Origin: a bacterium
GTDB lineage: Bacteria > Armatimonadota > Zipacnadia > Zipacnadales > Zipacnadaceae
Length of the DNA stretch: 64,000 nt
Assembly: GCA_030602615.1 (NCBI GenBank)
Contig: JAUVZM010000005.1
Span: forward strand, 5,094 to 69,093
Direction of reading: 5' to 3'
In this document: positions 37,928-49,900 of the stretch, piece by piece
How the letters are laid out: every line of letters starts with the position of its first letter
Numbering within the stretch: the stretch's first letter is position 1
Program-made: the position numbers and the translations under genes
The notes under the pieces: generated by a model
The model's database searches: none
Told to the model about the DNA's origin: nothing
The model's input: only the letters and a program-made list of their open reading frames with translations

Positions 37928-38881
37928 TTGTCACGACACGTAACCGTCGCCAGTGTCTCAACCAAGCCCAGCCACTCCGCCGATAAGGAAATGGACAAAC
38001 TGTTGGACGAGGCCGCCCACTACGCCTGGCGGGCCCGGCAGATGGGCGCTGATATCCTGGCATTTCCAGAGATATATCCCCACATAAACTCCGCAAAGAA
38101 AAGCGCGGAGGCCGCTGAGGAATTGCCCACATCCACCACTGAGCGAATGATGACAGAGGCCAGCAAGCTGGGTATGTACATCATCTGGCCGCAGTACACT
38201 CGCGAAGGCGACCAAGCCCACAACTCGGCGGTGCTTATCAATCGAGACGGCGAGATCAACGGCGTTTACCACAAGATGCACCCGACGATAGGCGAAATCG
38301 AGGATGGAATAATGCCGGGCACCCGGATGCCTACCTTCGAGACCGACTTCGGCACTATTGGTATGACCATCTGCTTCGACCTGAACTTCCGCGACATTAT
38401 GACCGGACTGAAGAAGAATGGAGCCGAGATTGTTTTTTTCTGCTCGGCTTACCGTGGGGGGCTGCAGGTGCGGGCCTGGGCCTTTGAGTTGGGCTGTTAT
38501 GTTGTCACAGCAATAATGAGCGATCTGGGCCAGATAGTTGATCTGACCGGCAGGCAACTGGTGGAGTCGTATTTCCATAACCCGGTGATTGTCCGCGATA
38601 TCAACCTCAATCGCCGGCTACTGCACATGGACTACAACTGGGAGAAGATGGACGAGATGCTGGAGAAATACGGCTCCGAGTTGACTTTTGACTATGTCAG
38701 CCCGGAGGCCTGCTACGCAATTGGCTGCGAGCGAGCAGGCTTGGATATCGAGCAGGTTATTGACGAGTTCGGTTTAGAGCGACGGGACGACTACTTCCAG
38801 CGGGCCGACGCCGTGCGCGCTGCTGCTGTGGCAGAGGAAACTACGCTACCCAGTTCTCACCCAGCCCAGAGCGATGGTTGA
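37928..38881 (+). CDS. Carbon-nitrogen hydrolase (nitrilase family)
   Basis: AFPEI, YHKMHP, ICFDLNF. TTG follows GAGGAGG. Confidence 0.9.
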   Translation: MSRHVTVASVSTKPSHSADKEMDKLLDEAAHYAWRARQMGADILAFPEIYPHINSAKKSAEAAEELPTSTTERMMTEASKLGMYIIWPQYTREGDQAHNSAVLINRDGEINGVYHKMHPTIGEIEDGIMPGTRMPTFETDFGTIGMTICFDLNFRDIMTGLKKNGAEIVFFCSAYRGGLQVRAWAFELGCYVVTAIMSDLGQIVDLTGRQLVESYFHNPVIVRDINLNRRLLHMDYNWEKMDEMLEKYGSELTFDYVSPEACYAIGCERAGLDIEQVIDEFGLERRDDYFQRADAVRAAAVAEETTLPSSHPAQSDG

Positions 38882-38906
38882 CAAAAGAGCTCATTTCTAA
38901 TAAAGT
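38878..38906 (+). promoter_or_regulatory. Sigma70 promoter of csp-hpf
   Basis: TTGACA-17 nt-TAAAGT. Confidence 0.65.
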
Positions 38907-38950
38907 TGAGTCGTTAGTGTACCGATCAACAACTTGGGGAGGAAACTGCC

Positions 38951-39220
38951 TTGCGTATGCAAGGGAGAGTTAAGTGGTTCGATCCGCGCAAGGGCTACGG
39001 CTTCATCGAGCGGGACGACGGGGAAGATGTATTCGTCCACTACTCCGAGGTCAATATGAAGGGCTTCAAGACCCTCGAAGACGGTGAGCTCGTGGAGTTC
39101 GAGATCGCCCAGACGGATCGCGGCCCCCAGGCCGAAAATGTAACACGGCTGGAGATGGGCGCTGAGCAACCCGAACCAGGTCCGGAAACTGAAGATGAAG
39201 AGGAGCTCGACCTCACCTAG
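38951..39220 (+). CDS. Cold-shock protein with acidic tail
   Basis: GRVKWF, KGYGFI, DVFVHYS, GPQAENV. Confidence 0.95.
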   Translation: MRMQGRVKWFDPRKGYGFIERDDGEDVFVHYSEVNMKGFKTLEDGELVEFEIAQTDRGPQAENVTRLEMGAEQPEPGPETEDEEELDLT

Positions 39221-39305
39221 TAGCACAGTAGTGAGGCTGTCAGCCACGGGCCGGCCCCATACCATTCTCATACTTGGAAGTGCCAACAGGAGATTGCCTA
39301 CATAG

Positions 39306-39869
39306 ATGCGAATTGACTATCAAGGGCGGAATACCTCTATTACCAAGACATTCCGCCTGCATGCCGAGCCCCGCATACAGGGATTGAGCCAGTACTTCGA
39401 CCGGATAACCGATGTCAAAGTAGTTGTCTCGCAACAGCGCCATCTATTCACCGTCGAGATCACGGTCAACGCCGACGGAACGCTAATCCGCGGTGAGGAT
39501 CGCTCGCCGCAAGTCCTCGCCACCTTTGACAGAGCTCTGGACCGGGTGGAAAGGCAGTTGCGTCGGAACAAAGACAGGCTAGTCGAGCGGGGTCGCCGCA
39601 ATCGAGCAGAGGACGTCGGGGCAACCGCAGGCGAGCCGGTGACTGCTCAACAAGACGAGCCCGACCTTACCGCTGATCAAGAAGATATAAACATAGTGCG
39701 GACAAAGAGCCACGTGCTCAAGCCGATGACGCCCGAAGAAGCTGTCCTGCAGATGGATATGTTGGACCATGACTTTTTCGTGTTCTTCAACGGCCAGACC
39801 GAGCGCGTTGGTGTCGTCTATAAACGCCGCAATGGCGACTACGGGCTGATTGAACCGGACATCGGCTGA
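39306..39869 (+). CDS. hpf: Ribosome hibernation promoting factor (long HPF/RaiA)
   Basis: N-terminal HPF domain; KPMTPEEAVLQM...VVYKRRNGDYGLIEP. Confidence 0.93.
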   Translation: MRIDYQGRNTSITKTFRLHAEPRIQGLSQYFDRITDVKVVVSQQRHLFTVEITVNADGTLIRGEDRSPQVLATFDRALDRVERQLRRNKDRLVERGRRNRAEDVGATAGEPVTAQQDEPDLTADQEDINIVRTKSHVLKPMTPEEAVLQMDMLDHDFFVFFNGQTERVGVVYKRRNGDYGLIEPDIG

Positions 39870-40049
39870 TGCCGGCCGTACCGAGCACCCAGATTCAAAT
39901 ATAAAGTCCCTTCCGACAATATCAGGCACTCTCCGGGGAGAGTACCTTGGATCCAGCGGCAACCTCCACGGTATACGCTGGCTCTTTTGTGTGACACCTG
40001 GTGCTAATACCGGCTCAGTTGGGCCGTTGCTGGCGGCCAGCAGATTACA

Positions 40050-41867
40050 ATGGAGAGTAGCGAAGAAGCAGATTCCAAGTTCACGCCGGACAGTCCGGCC
40101 CGACGGCTGATTGTGGGCCTGGAGCAGCGGTTCTTCAGTTCCCGCATGTCGCAATCGTCAACGGTGCTGCTGCTGGGGGTTCTCGTCGGGGTGGCGGGTG
40201 GCTTGGGTGCGGTAGCCTTCCGCTGGATGATCGGGCAGACGACCGGGCTCTTCTTTGACTACGGTGCCAGCCTTTTCCACGGGCTGGGTGGTTATTACAC
40301 TGTATTGTTGCCGGCCATCGGCGGCGCCATTGTCGGACCCTTCATCTACCTGGTAGGACCCGAGGCGCGCGGCAGCGGAGTACCGAAGGCTATGGATGCA
40401 GTGTTTCGGCTTGGCGGGCGCATGCGCGCCCGCGTCGGCCCGGCCCGAGCACTGGCCAGCGCCGTTTGTATCGGCTCGGGAGGCTCAGTGGGCCGGGAAG
40501 GGCCAATTGCCCATATCGGAGCGGCCCTGGGTTCACTGGCCGGGCAACTGCTGAGGCTCTCGCAGACCCGTACTCGGACGCTGGTCGCCTGCGGAGCAGC
40601 CGCCGGTGTTGCAGCTACCTTCAATGCTCCCATTGCCGGCGCCTTCTTCGCGCTGGAGGTCATCGTTGCCGAGTGGACGGCCGAGGCATTCGCTCCGGTA
40701 GTGGTCTCAGCGGTGGTTGGCAGCGTCATCGGTCGGACTTTTTTCGGCGATGTGCCCTCCTTTGCTGTCCCCGAATACGGAATCACCACTTTCAGCGAGC
40801 TGCCGCTATTCGCTCTACTAGGTATTGCCGCCGCGGTGGTGGGCATCGCGCTGATTGTAGTGCTATTCCGCGCCGAAGACCTGTTTTCGGCTTTACCTAT
40901 CCCCATCTATCTGCTACCCGTAATCGGAGGACTGGTAGTCGGCTTCATCGGCTTGTATCATAGCCAGTTGTACCGCGTCGGCTACGGCATGATCGAGCAG
41001 ATTCTGCTGGGTCATCAAACCGACTTAGCTTTCCTGGTGGGATTGCTGGGACTTAAGGTGGTAGCTACTTCTGCGACGCTGGGTTCGGGCGGTTCGGGGG
41101 GAGTATTCTCGCCCAGCCTCTTTCTGGGTGCAGTGCTGGGGGGCATACTGGGGACGGTGTTCGGCGACCTATTTCCCAATCTGGCCAGCACCCCAGGTGC
41201 CTACGCCATAGCCGGAATGGGAGCGGTGTTTGCGGCAACCAGCCATGCCCCAATCTGTGCGATAATGTTCGGATTCGAGCTGACCCGCGACTATCGGCTC
41301 ATTCTACCTTTGATGCTGGCCTGCGGAGTTTCGGTCGTCATCGCCAAGGCCCTCTACCGTTTCTCGATATACAACCTGGCGCTGTTCCGGCGGGGGATAC
41401 ATATCGAACTGGGCCGCGACGCACAGTTGCTGAACCAAATTACTATTGGCGAGGCAATGACCACAGACGTTATCACCGTCACGCCACAGACCCCGGTGCG
41501 CGACATTGCCCATATGTTCGACGAAACCAAACACCACGGCTTTCCCGTCGTCGACGAACAGGGTAAGCTGCACGGCTGTGTAACCCTCGAGGACGTCCAC
41601 CGGGCCGGCCCGGACGGCCTGGGCAAGCCAGTTGATGAGATTGCCACCCACGACCTGGTTGTTGCCTTCCCGGATGAGAGTATCAACGACGGTCTGCGCA
41701 AGCTGGGCCTGCGCGATGTCGGACGAATTCCCGTGGTCTCCCGCGAAGACCACACCCGCCTGCTCGGCCTGCTCACGCGCAAGAACATCATATCTGCCTA
41801 CAATCAGGCGCTGATGCGTCACCACACCCGCCTGGAAGAGACCGAAACCGCAGAGCATTTTGACTAA
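40050..41867 (+). CDS. ClC chloride channel/H+ antiporter with two CBS domains
   Basis: GSGVP, GREGP, FNAPIAG, GGVFSP, C-terminal CBS pair. Confidence 0.93.
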   Translation: MESSEEADSKFTPDSPARRLIVGLEQRFFSSRMSQSSTVLLLGVLVGVAGGLGAVAFRWMIGQTTGLFFDYGASLFHGLGGYYTVLLPAIGGAIVGPFIYLVGPEARGSGVPKAMDAVFRLGGRMRARVGPARALASAVCIGSGGSVGREGPIAHIGAALGSLAGQLLRLSQTRTRTLVACGAAAGVAATFNAPIAGAFFALEVIVAEWTAEAFAPVVVSAVVGSVIGRTFFGDVPSFAVPEYGITTFSELPLFALLGIAAAVVGIALIVVLFRAEDLFSALPIPIYLLPVIGGLVVGFIGLYHSQLYRVGYGMIEQILLGHQTDLAFLVGLLGLKVVATSATLGSGGSGGVFSPSLFLGAVLGGILGTVFGDLFPNLASTPGAYAIAGMGAVFAATSHAPICAIMFGFELTRDYRLILPLMLACGVSVVIAKALYRFSIYNLALFRRGIHIELGRDAQLLNQITIGEAMTTDVITVTPQTPVRDIAHMFDETKHHGFPVVDEQGKLHGCVTLEDVHRAGPDGLGKPVDEIATHDLVVAFPDESINDGLRKLGLRDVGRIPVVSREDHTRLLGLLTRKNIISAYNQALMRHHTRLEETETAEHFD

Positions 41868-41930
41868 TAGCCAGATTCATAGTATGCTAACGGATGTCAC
41901 CGCTAATACTCAGACAGGAGGCACAGACCA

Positions 41931-42734
41931 ATGAAATTTGGGGTAATCCACTACAACGCACCGGGCGAGACACTTGCTGAGTTCTTGGACTGGGCAGCAG
42001 CCACAGGTTTCCAGTATGTTGAGCTTACTAAGGATGATCTGTGGCCGGAAGGATCGGAAAACCCCCACGCCGAGGCCGAGAAGGTCCGCGATATGCTGGA
42101 GCAGCGCGGCCTGAAGGCTTCCGCAGTGGCGGCCCACAACGACTTCGTGGTGCTGGAGGCTGACGAAGTCGCCCAGCAGATGGAGCGACTGGAGGTCATC
42201 TGCGAACTGGCCCAGATCGCGGGCACCGATGTCCTGCGCACCGAAGGCGGGGCGCCCAAGGAGGAAGTCCCCGAGGAGAGGTGGGCCGAGGCCATCACCA
42301 ACTGCTGTCGGCAGGCGCTTCAGTTCATCGAGCCGATGGAGATGAGGCTAGCCATAGACAATCATGGAGTGGTGAGCAACGATATTCCGCTGCTGCTGGA
42401 AGTCATCGAGTCGGTCAACTCGCCGCTGGTCGGCAGTAATCTGGATACTATGAACGTGCGCTGGTACGGCTGGAGCGTGGCAGAATGCGACGAGTTCTAC
42501 CAGCAGTTGGCTCCCCACGTCTTCCACATCCACATGAAAGACGGCACCGGCAGCCGTGAAAACTACCAGGGGGCAGCCCTCGGCGACGGAGAAATCCATG
42601 TGGACTATGTCGTTGAGCTGCTCCAAGAGGCGGGCTATGACGGGGTGTGGTGCGCTGAGTATGAGGGTCCGGAGGTTGCCGAGGGCGTCGGCTATCGCAA
42701 GTGCCTGGAGTGGATGCAGCAGCATATAGGCTGA
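41931..42734 (+). CDS. Sugar phosphate isomerase/epimerase (TIM barrel)
   Basis: LAIDNHG, NLDTMN, HIHMKD, GYDG..CAEYEG. Confidence 0.88.
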   Translation: MKFGVIHYNAPGETLAEFLDWAAATGFQYVELTKDDLWPEGSENPHAEAEKVRDMLEQRGLKASAVAAHNDFVVLEADEVAQQMERLEVICELAQIAGTDVLRTEGGAPKEEVPEERWAEAITNCCRQALQFIEPMEMRLAIDNHGVVSNDIPLLLEVIESVNSPLVGSNLDTMNVRWYGWSVAECDEFYQQLAPHVFHIHMKDGTGSRENYQGAALGDGEIHVDYVVELLQEAGYDGVWCAEYEGPEVAEGVGYRKCLEWMQQHIG

Positions 42735-42847
42735 TGAAAGCTGGACGCCAGCCACACTGGCTCTGTTGCCGAATTCCAGAAAATGTCGTATATTGAGGCT
42801 TGGCCTGATAGAGTATTGTACTTTGCAGAGGGGCAACAGACCGCGCC

Positions 42848-43804
42848 ATGAATGTACGGCTCACGGTTCTGGGCAACATAAACATTGACTTTGTCGTGCA
42901 GACAGATCGGCTACCCAAGCCCGGCGAGACGCTACGCTCGCGGGGTGATTTCACTATGGTGCCCGGGGGCAAAGCTGCCAATCAGGCAGTGGCTGCGGCC
43001 CGGCTTGGTGCCCAGGTGACGCTCATCGGCCGGGTGGGCAACGACGCCTTCGGACCGGCGCTGGTGGAGAACCTGCGCCGCGAGAATGTCAATACCGATT
43101 TCATCGTCCAGGACGAAGAGGCCAATACGGGCGCTGCCTTCATAACAGTGATTCCCAGCGGTGAGAATTCCATCGTCTCCGCGCTGGGTGCCAACAATCG
43201 CTGTAGCATCGAGCAGGTGGAGGCCGCCGCCCCCGAGATCGAGCGCAGCGATCTGCTATTGGTACAACTAGGTGTGCCCGCCGAGGTGGTGGATCGGGCT
43301 ATCCAGATTGCTGTCGACCGCGATGTGCTCGTCCAGCTCGATCCCAGCCCCCTGGGCGAGCCCCTGCCCGACCTATGGCGACGGGCCTACGCCCTGATAC
43401 CCAACCAGACCGAAGCCAGCGAGATTTCAGGGATTGAGATTGCCGACATAATGTCCGCTGTTGAAGCAGCACAGGCTATCCGCCGGGAGGGCATCACGGT
43501 GGTGGTAATCACCCTGGGACCATCCGGTTGCCTGGTGGCCAGCGAGCAGGGAATCTACCGGGTGGACGGCTTTCCGGTCGAGCCGGTAGATACGACTGCT
43601 GCCGGTGACAGCTTTGCCGGGGCGTTGGCCACGGCGCTGGGTGAGGGCATACCAGTGACCGAAGCAGCGATCTTTGCCAACGCCGCCGGAGCCCTGGCTA
43701 CTACAATTGCTGGCGCCCAGCCCAGCCTGCCGCCACGCGAGGCGGTAGATGACTTTCTCACGCAGCGTGGGGAGATGGGCGAAGTGACGGTCGAGGAATT
43801 GTAG
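42848..43804 (+). CDS. rbsK: Ribokinase
   Basis: PGGKAANQAVAAARLG, DTTAAGDSF, GAQPSLP. Confidence 0.92.
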   Translation: MNVRLTVLGNINIDFVVQTDRLPKPGETLRSRGDFTMVPGGKAANQAVAAARLGAQVTLIGRVGNDAFGPALVENLRRENVNTDFIVQDEEANTGAAFITVIPSGENSIVSALGANNRCSIEQVEAAAPEIERSDLLLVQLGVPAEVVDRAIQIAVDRDVLVQLDPSPLGEPLPDLWRRAYALIPNQTEASEISGIEIADIMSAVEAAQAIRREGITVVVITLGPSGCLVASEQGIYRVDGFPVEPVDTTAAGDSFAGALATALGEGIPVTEAAIFANAAGALATTIAGAQPSLPPREAVDDFLTQRGEMGEVTVEEL

Positions 43805-43813
43805 CCAAGTCCG

Positions 43814-43842
43814 TTGACAGCCTCCTGGTAGTCTGTTAGCAT
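43814..43842 (+). promoter_or_regulatory. Sigma70 promoter of uvrA
   Basis: TTGACA-17 nt-TAGCAT with extended TG. Confidence 0.65.
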
Positions 43843-43948
43843 ATTAGGAGTCTCTCTCAGGGTAGGATAAGCTGGCAGATGGCTGGGAGCAATCCGCTTC
43901 CACTCTTCTCCGAAACACCTTTGATCTCTACGCAGAGGCCGACTATCC

Positions 43949-46900
43949 GTGGCTGATGATACCATCCGCATTCGGGGCGCCGCCCAACACAATTTGCGTA
44001 AGGTTGACCTCGATCTGCCGAAGAACCGCCTTATTGTTTTCACTGGCATCAGCGGCTCGGGCAAGTCATCCCTGGCCTTTGATACCTTGTTTGCCGAGGG
44101 GCAACGGCTGTATGTGGAGTCGCTTTCCACCTATGCCCGGCAGTTTCTCCAGGAGATGCCCCGCCCGCAGGTGGATAGCATCGAGGGGCTGGCCCCGGCT
44201 GTAGCCATTGACCAGGCCAAACGCAGCCATAATCCTCGCTCGACAGTAGCCACTATCACCGAGATATACGATCACCTGCGGGTGCTGTTCGCCGCCATCG
44301 GCACGCTGCATTGCCCTAAGTGTGGGCGCGAAGTAGGCGCCCAAACTCGGGAAAGTGTGATACAGCGTATCGTCGGCCTGGCCAGCGAGAGCACCATGCA
44401 GATTCTGGCACCGCTGGAGCGTGGGCGCAAGGGCCAGTTCAAGGAACTCTTCGCCGACCTGCGGCAAGCAGGCTACGCTCATGCCCGCGTGGATGGCCGG
44501 TTCATCCACCTTACTGAACCCCCGGAACTGGACCGCTACCGCCGTCATGACGTTGAGGTGGTGGTTGACCGGCTGGCGGCTGGTGCACACTCCCCCAGCC
44601 GCATAGGCGAGGCCATCGACATTGCCTTTGATCTGGGTGAGGGTAATCTCATCGCAGTGCCCGAAGACGGTGAGGATATCCTGTTTAGCCGCAATTTCGC
44701 CTGCCCCGACTGTCAGATCAGCATCCCCGAGCCTACCCACACCTCGTTTTCGTTCAACAGCCCCCGCGGTATGTGCCCGACCTGCGAGGGCCTCGGTGAG
44801 GCCCGCACCATTGACCCGGAACTGCTGGTCGCTCATCCCGACAGGTCGCTGGCCTCCGGGGCGATACCGCTACTGAGGTCGCTGCGCAGCGCCCGCCGCC
44901 GCCACTGGTATCAGGGCGTCGCCGACCATTACGGATTCACCCTCGACACGCCCTGGAAGGAGCTAACTGAGAAGCAACGCCACGCCTTACTGTATGGTTC
45001 CGGCGAGGAACTGATTGAGTTTTACTATCGCCATGCCCGCCACGGCTGGGAGTGGCGCCACGCTGATGTATGGGAGGGGATAATTCCCGGGCTGACGCAC
45101 CGGTACAAACGGGCTGAGTCCCGCCTGCTGCGCCAGCGTTTCGAGCAGGTCATCCGCCAGCAGCCGTGCCCCGACTGCCACGGTCAGCGGCTGCGCCCCG
45201 AGAGCCTGGCAGTGACCATCGGAGGGAAGTCAATCGCCGCCATTACCGGCCTCACTGTAGATCAGGCCGGCGAGTTCTTTGCCAAGCTAACACTCAACGA
45301 AAACGACGCACTCATAGCCGAAGACGCTCTTAAGGAGATCACGGAGCGGCTGTCGTTTCTGAAAGAGGTGGGTCTGCACTACCTGACGCTGGATCGCACT
45401 GCACCGACCCTATCCAGCGGCGAAGCCCAGCGCATCCGCCTGGCCGGACAGGTGGGCAGCGGCCTGACTGATTGCCTCTATGTCCTGGATGAGCCCAGCA
45501 TCGGCCTGCACTACCGTGACCAGGGGCGCCTGCTGGAGGCACTCAAACGACTACGGGATCTGGATAACACGGTGATCGTCGCTGAGCACGACGAGCAGAC
45601 CATCACCAATGCTGACTATGTTGTGGACTTTGGTCCGGGAGCAGGTGCCCAGGGCGGCCAGATTGTCAGCGTCGGCACTGTAACAGAAATAAAGAACGAT
45701 TTAGACTCGCTGACCGGCGACTATCTGGCCGGACGGCGCAGCATCCCGATTCCCAGTCAGCGTCGTGACGGCAACGGGGCCAGCCTGACACTGTGCGGAG
45801 CCCAGCACAATAACCTGAAGGATATAGATGTGAAATTCCCGCTGGGCCGGTTTGTTTGCATCACCGGCGTGTCAGGCTCAGGCAAGAGTTCGCTGATTGC
45901 CGACACCCTCCATCCGATTCTGGCCGCCGAGCTACACAGCGCCGAGACTGAGCCGGGGGAGTTTGATCATCTCGAAGGTATTGAGAACGTGCGTAAGGTG
46001 GTGATGATTGACCAGTCACCGATCGGCCGCACCCCGCGAAGCTGCCCGGCCACCTACACCAAAGTCTTCGACGATATCCGCCGGCTGTACGCGCAACTGC
46101 CTGCCTCGCGGGAACGCGGCTATACGCCTGGCCGATTCAGCTTCAACGTTAAGGAGGGCCGCTGCCCCCACTGCGACGGCTACGGCGCCGTCAAGCTACA
46201 ATCGGATTTCCTGGCTGACGTGTGGGTGCAATGTGAAGAGTGTCATGGACAGCGGTTCGACCGGGAAACGCTAACCATTCAGTACAAGGGCGCCGGCATC
46301 GCTGAGGTGCTGGATATGGAGGTCAGCCGGGCGCTGGAGCACTTCGCTAATGTTCCCAAAATCAAGCGGGTGCTGCAGGTCCTGGCCGATGTCGGGCTGG
46401 GCTACATCAAGCTGGGACAGTCGGCAACTACCCTCTCCGGCGGCGAGGCCCAGCGAGTCAAGCTGGCCCGCGAGCTGGCCCGTCCCCAGCAGGGCGACTG
46501 CCTGTATCTGCTTGATGAACCTACCACCGGCCTGCACTTTGAGGATGTCCGCCATCTGCTGGCCCTGCTGGGACGGATGGTGGACGGCGGTAATACTGTA
46601 ATCATCATCGAGCACCATCCTGACATCATCAAGACAGCCGATTATGTAATTGATCTGGGGCCGGAGGGTGGCGAGGAAGGCGGCGAGGTGGTCGCGACAG
46701 GTACCCCGGAGCAGGTCGCCAAATGCCGCCGCTCGCACACCGGTCAACTGCTCGACCAGATACTCAACGGTGCCGACGGGAGCCAGCCAATCCCACGAGT
46801 TGGCACTCAGCGGCGCAGTAGCCAGCCCAAATGTGAGGCCATCCAAGTGTGGGGCGCCCGCGAGCATAATCTCAAGAATATCAGCGCCAGGGTCCCCCGC

Positions 46901-49900
46901 CGGCAGATGGTCGTCTTCTCGGGTGTATCAGGCTCGGGCAAGACCTCCCTGGCAGTAGACACCATCTACGCCGAAGGTCAGCGGCGCTTTGTCGAATCGC
47001 TATCTTCCTATGCCCGCCAATTTGTCAGCGAGATGCCCAAGCCCAAGGTAGACCGGGTCCGGGGCCTATCGCCGGCGGTAGCTATTGACCCGCGCAACAC
47101 GGTCCAGACGCCGCGCTCAACTGTCGGCACAATGACCGAGATATACGACTACCTGCGGGTGCTGTACGCCCGGCTGGGTGTTCCCCACTGCCCGGAGTGC
47201 GGCAGCAACCTGGGTGCAGCCTCCGTTGATGATATTGTTGACCGCCTGCTGAGCAAGCTGCACCGCCGCGAGATTATGATCCTGGCGCCTCTCCAGCCTA
47301 AAGCCACCGAAGAATACCAGGAACTGCTCGAACGGCTACAGCGGCAGGGCTGGGTGCGCATTCGCCTGGACGGACAAATCCAGCGGCTGCCGTTTGCCTC
47401 TGCGCCGGACCGGCGCAGCCACCACAAACTTGAACTGGTGGTAGACCGCCTGCGCGTGGCAGAAAAGCACAGGTCGCGCCTCGCTGAAGCCGTGGAGACC
47501 GCCCTTGCCGTCGGAGGGGGGCAAGTAATAGCAGCACCTACGGCTGAGACGGCCGCACCAGACGAAGAGCTGACTTTTTCCAGCGAGCTTTCCTGCCCTA
47601 ACTGCGGCACCGCCTACCAGGAATTAGAGCCGCGCAGCTATTCGTTCAACCATGCCCAGGGCTGGTGCCCGGTTTGCGAAGGGCTCGGCACTCAACCAGG
47701 TGTAGAACCGGCGGCGCTGGTGCCGGACGAGAGCAAGTCAATCCGCGAGGGCGCCGTCAGTCTGTGGGGGCCATTGGAACGGGACAGCCTGCTGTATAAG
47801 CTGCTTGCCGCGGTCGCGGAAGCCGCCGGGTTCAGTCTCAATCAGCCCTTTGCCGAGTTGACGTTCGCCCAGCGGAATCTTGTCTTTTCCGGCGGTGATG
47901 AGCAATTCACCGTTGACGGGATGACTGTGCGATTCAAGGGATTAGTGGAAGGTATCCGGTCGGCAGTGCAGTTGGGCGATAAGATGCGGCGCAGATTTGC
48001 CCGCGCCTGGACCGATGTGCCCTGCCACGCCTGCGGTGGAGGACGGCTGCGTCCCGAGCCCGCCGCCACTCGCTTTCGTACTCACACACTGCCTGAGCTG
48101 TGCCGCTACTCACTGGAAGAGGCACTCGGCTTTTTCGAGCAACTCGACCTATCATCCACTGAAGAGCAGCGCGCCGGAGAGATTCCTGAAGAGGTGCTCA
48201 GCCGGCTGCGGCTGCTGGTGGATATCGGCCTCGATTATCTCACATTGGATCGGCCAGCAGCGTCACTTTCCGGCGGGGAGGCCCAGCGTATCAAGCTGGC
48301 CAGCCAGCTCCGATCCGGACTCACCGGCGTACTTTATGTGCTCGACGAGCCGACTGTCGGCGTTCATCCCCGCGACAATGAGCGGATGCTGGCGGCGCTG
48401 GATTCGCTGCGGGATTTGGGCAACAGCCTCATCATCGTCGAGCACGACCCCCAGACCATCAACCGGGCTGACTATGTTATGGACTTCGGACCGGGCGCCG
48501 GCCGCGAGGGTGGCGAGATAATCGCCACTGGCACCCAACGAGGCATCAGGCGGCGCAACTCGCCGACCGGCCACTACCTGGCCGGCAAGCTGGCTGTCCC
48601 TGTTCCTCAACCCCGGCGGTGGCCCAATGACGGCAACAATAGTGAACTGAAGATTCTGGGCGCGGCCCATCATAATCTCAAAGATGTTGATGTAACCGTC
48701 CCGCTGGGCTGCCTGGTTTGCGTCACCGGCCCGTCTGGCTCCGGCAAAAGCTCGCTTATCGAGGAGATCCTTTATCCGGAGCTGGCCTGGCGGCTGCAGG
48801 GCAAAGCGACTACGCCAGGGCGGCATCGGGACATCATCGGCAGCGAAGCTGTTGACAGGGTGATAAATATCGACCAGTCGCCGATCGGCCAGTCGCCGCG
48901 CTCCAACGCCGCTACTTACACCGGCATCTTTGACCTGATCCGCGAGTTCTATGCCAGCCTGCCGGAGGCGCGCATGCGCGGCTATACCTCCGGCTGGTTT
49001 AGCTTTAACAATGCGGGAGGGCGTTGCGAACACTGCCAGGGGATGGGGACAATCCACGTGGAGATGCACTTTCTGCCCGATGTCTGGGTGACCTGCGAGG
49101 AGTGTCAGGGGCGGCGGTACAAGCCGGAGATACTGGAGATCGAATACAAACACCGCAATATCTCTGATATTCTAGAAACAACTGCCGCTGAAGCATTGGA
49201 GCTGTTTGCTGACTTTCCCAGGTTGCACCGGATGCTTAGCGTAATGTGCCAGGTCGGGCTGGGCTACCTTCCGCTGGGGCAAGCTGCGCCCACCCTGTCG
49301 GGAGGCGAGGCCCAGCGGGTCAAGCTGGTCCGCGAACTGGCCCGGCCCCGCCGCGGTCATACTATCTATCTGCTGGATGAGCCGACCACTGGCCTGCATC
49401 CCGCCGACATCATCAAGCTGCTATGCGTGCTAAATCGGTTGGTCGAACAGGGCAATACAATGGTGGTCATTGAGCACAACCTTGACGTCATAAAGACTGC
49501 TGACTACGTCATTGACCTGGGGTCGGGAGGTGGCGACCGGGGCGGGGAGGTGTGCGCTGCCGGTACTCCCGAGCAAGTTGCCCAAAGCGATTCACCTACT
49601 GCTATTTACCTGAAGAAGGCGCTGGCAGCAAGTCCCACGGTCGGTCGCCAGGAGCTAACCGCACCGCTGCTGGAGACCAAACCCGGCGGCAAGGTGGCGG
49701 CAATGCGCTCGGAGGTCCAGGCGCCCTGGCAGCGCGACCCGGCAAAGTGGCATCAGGAGCAGCGCACAACCGCCGACGGCGAGCAGCGCGCCTGGGATGT
49801 CGAAGCGCTCACTGTGCTCGAGGAAGCTATCAGCCAGCTAGCCGACCCACCCGACGGAGACTGGGAGCATCCCCGCTACATCAAGTATCAGCTCGATGGC

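Noticed and set aside
39221..39305. raiA-motif RNA upstream of hpf
   Set aside because: The gap is only ~85 nt and lacks the consensus
39870..40050. Fluoride riboswitch and CLC-F exporter
   Set aside because: No GGCGATGG...TGATGAC motif, and the channel has standard GSGVP/GREGP chloride-type motifs
43843..43948. LexA box before uvrA
   Set aside because: No GAAC-N4-GTTC or CTGT-N8-ACAG seen
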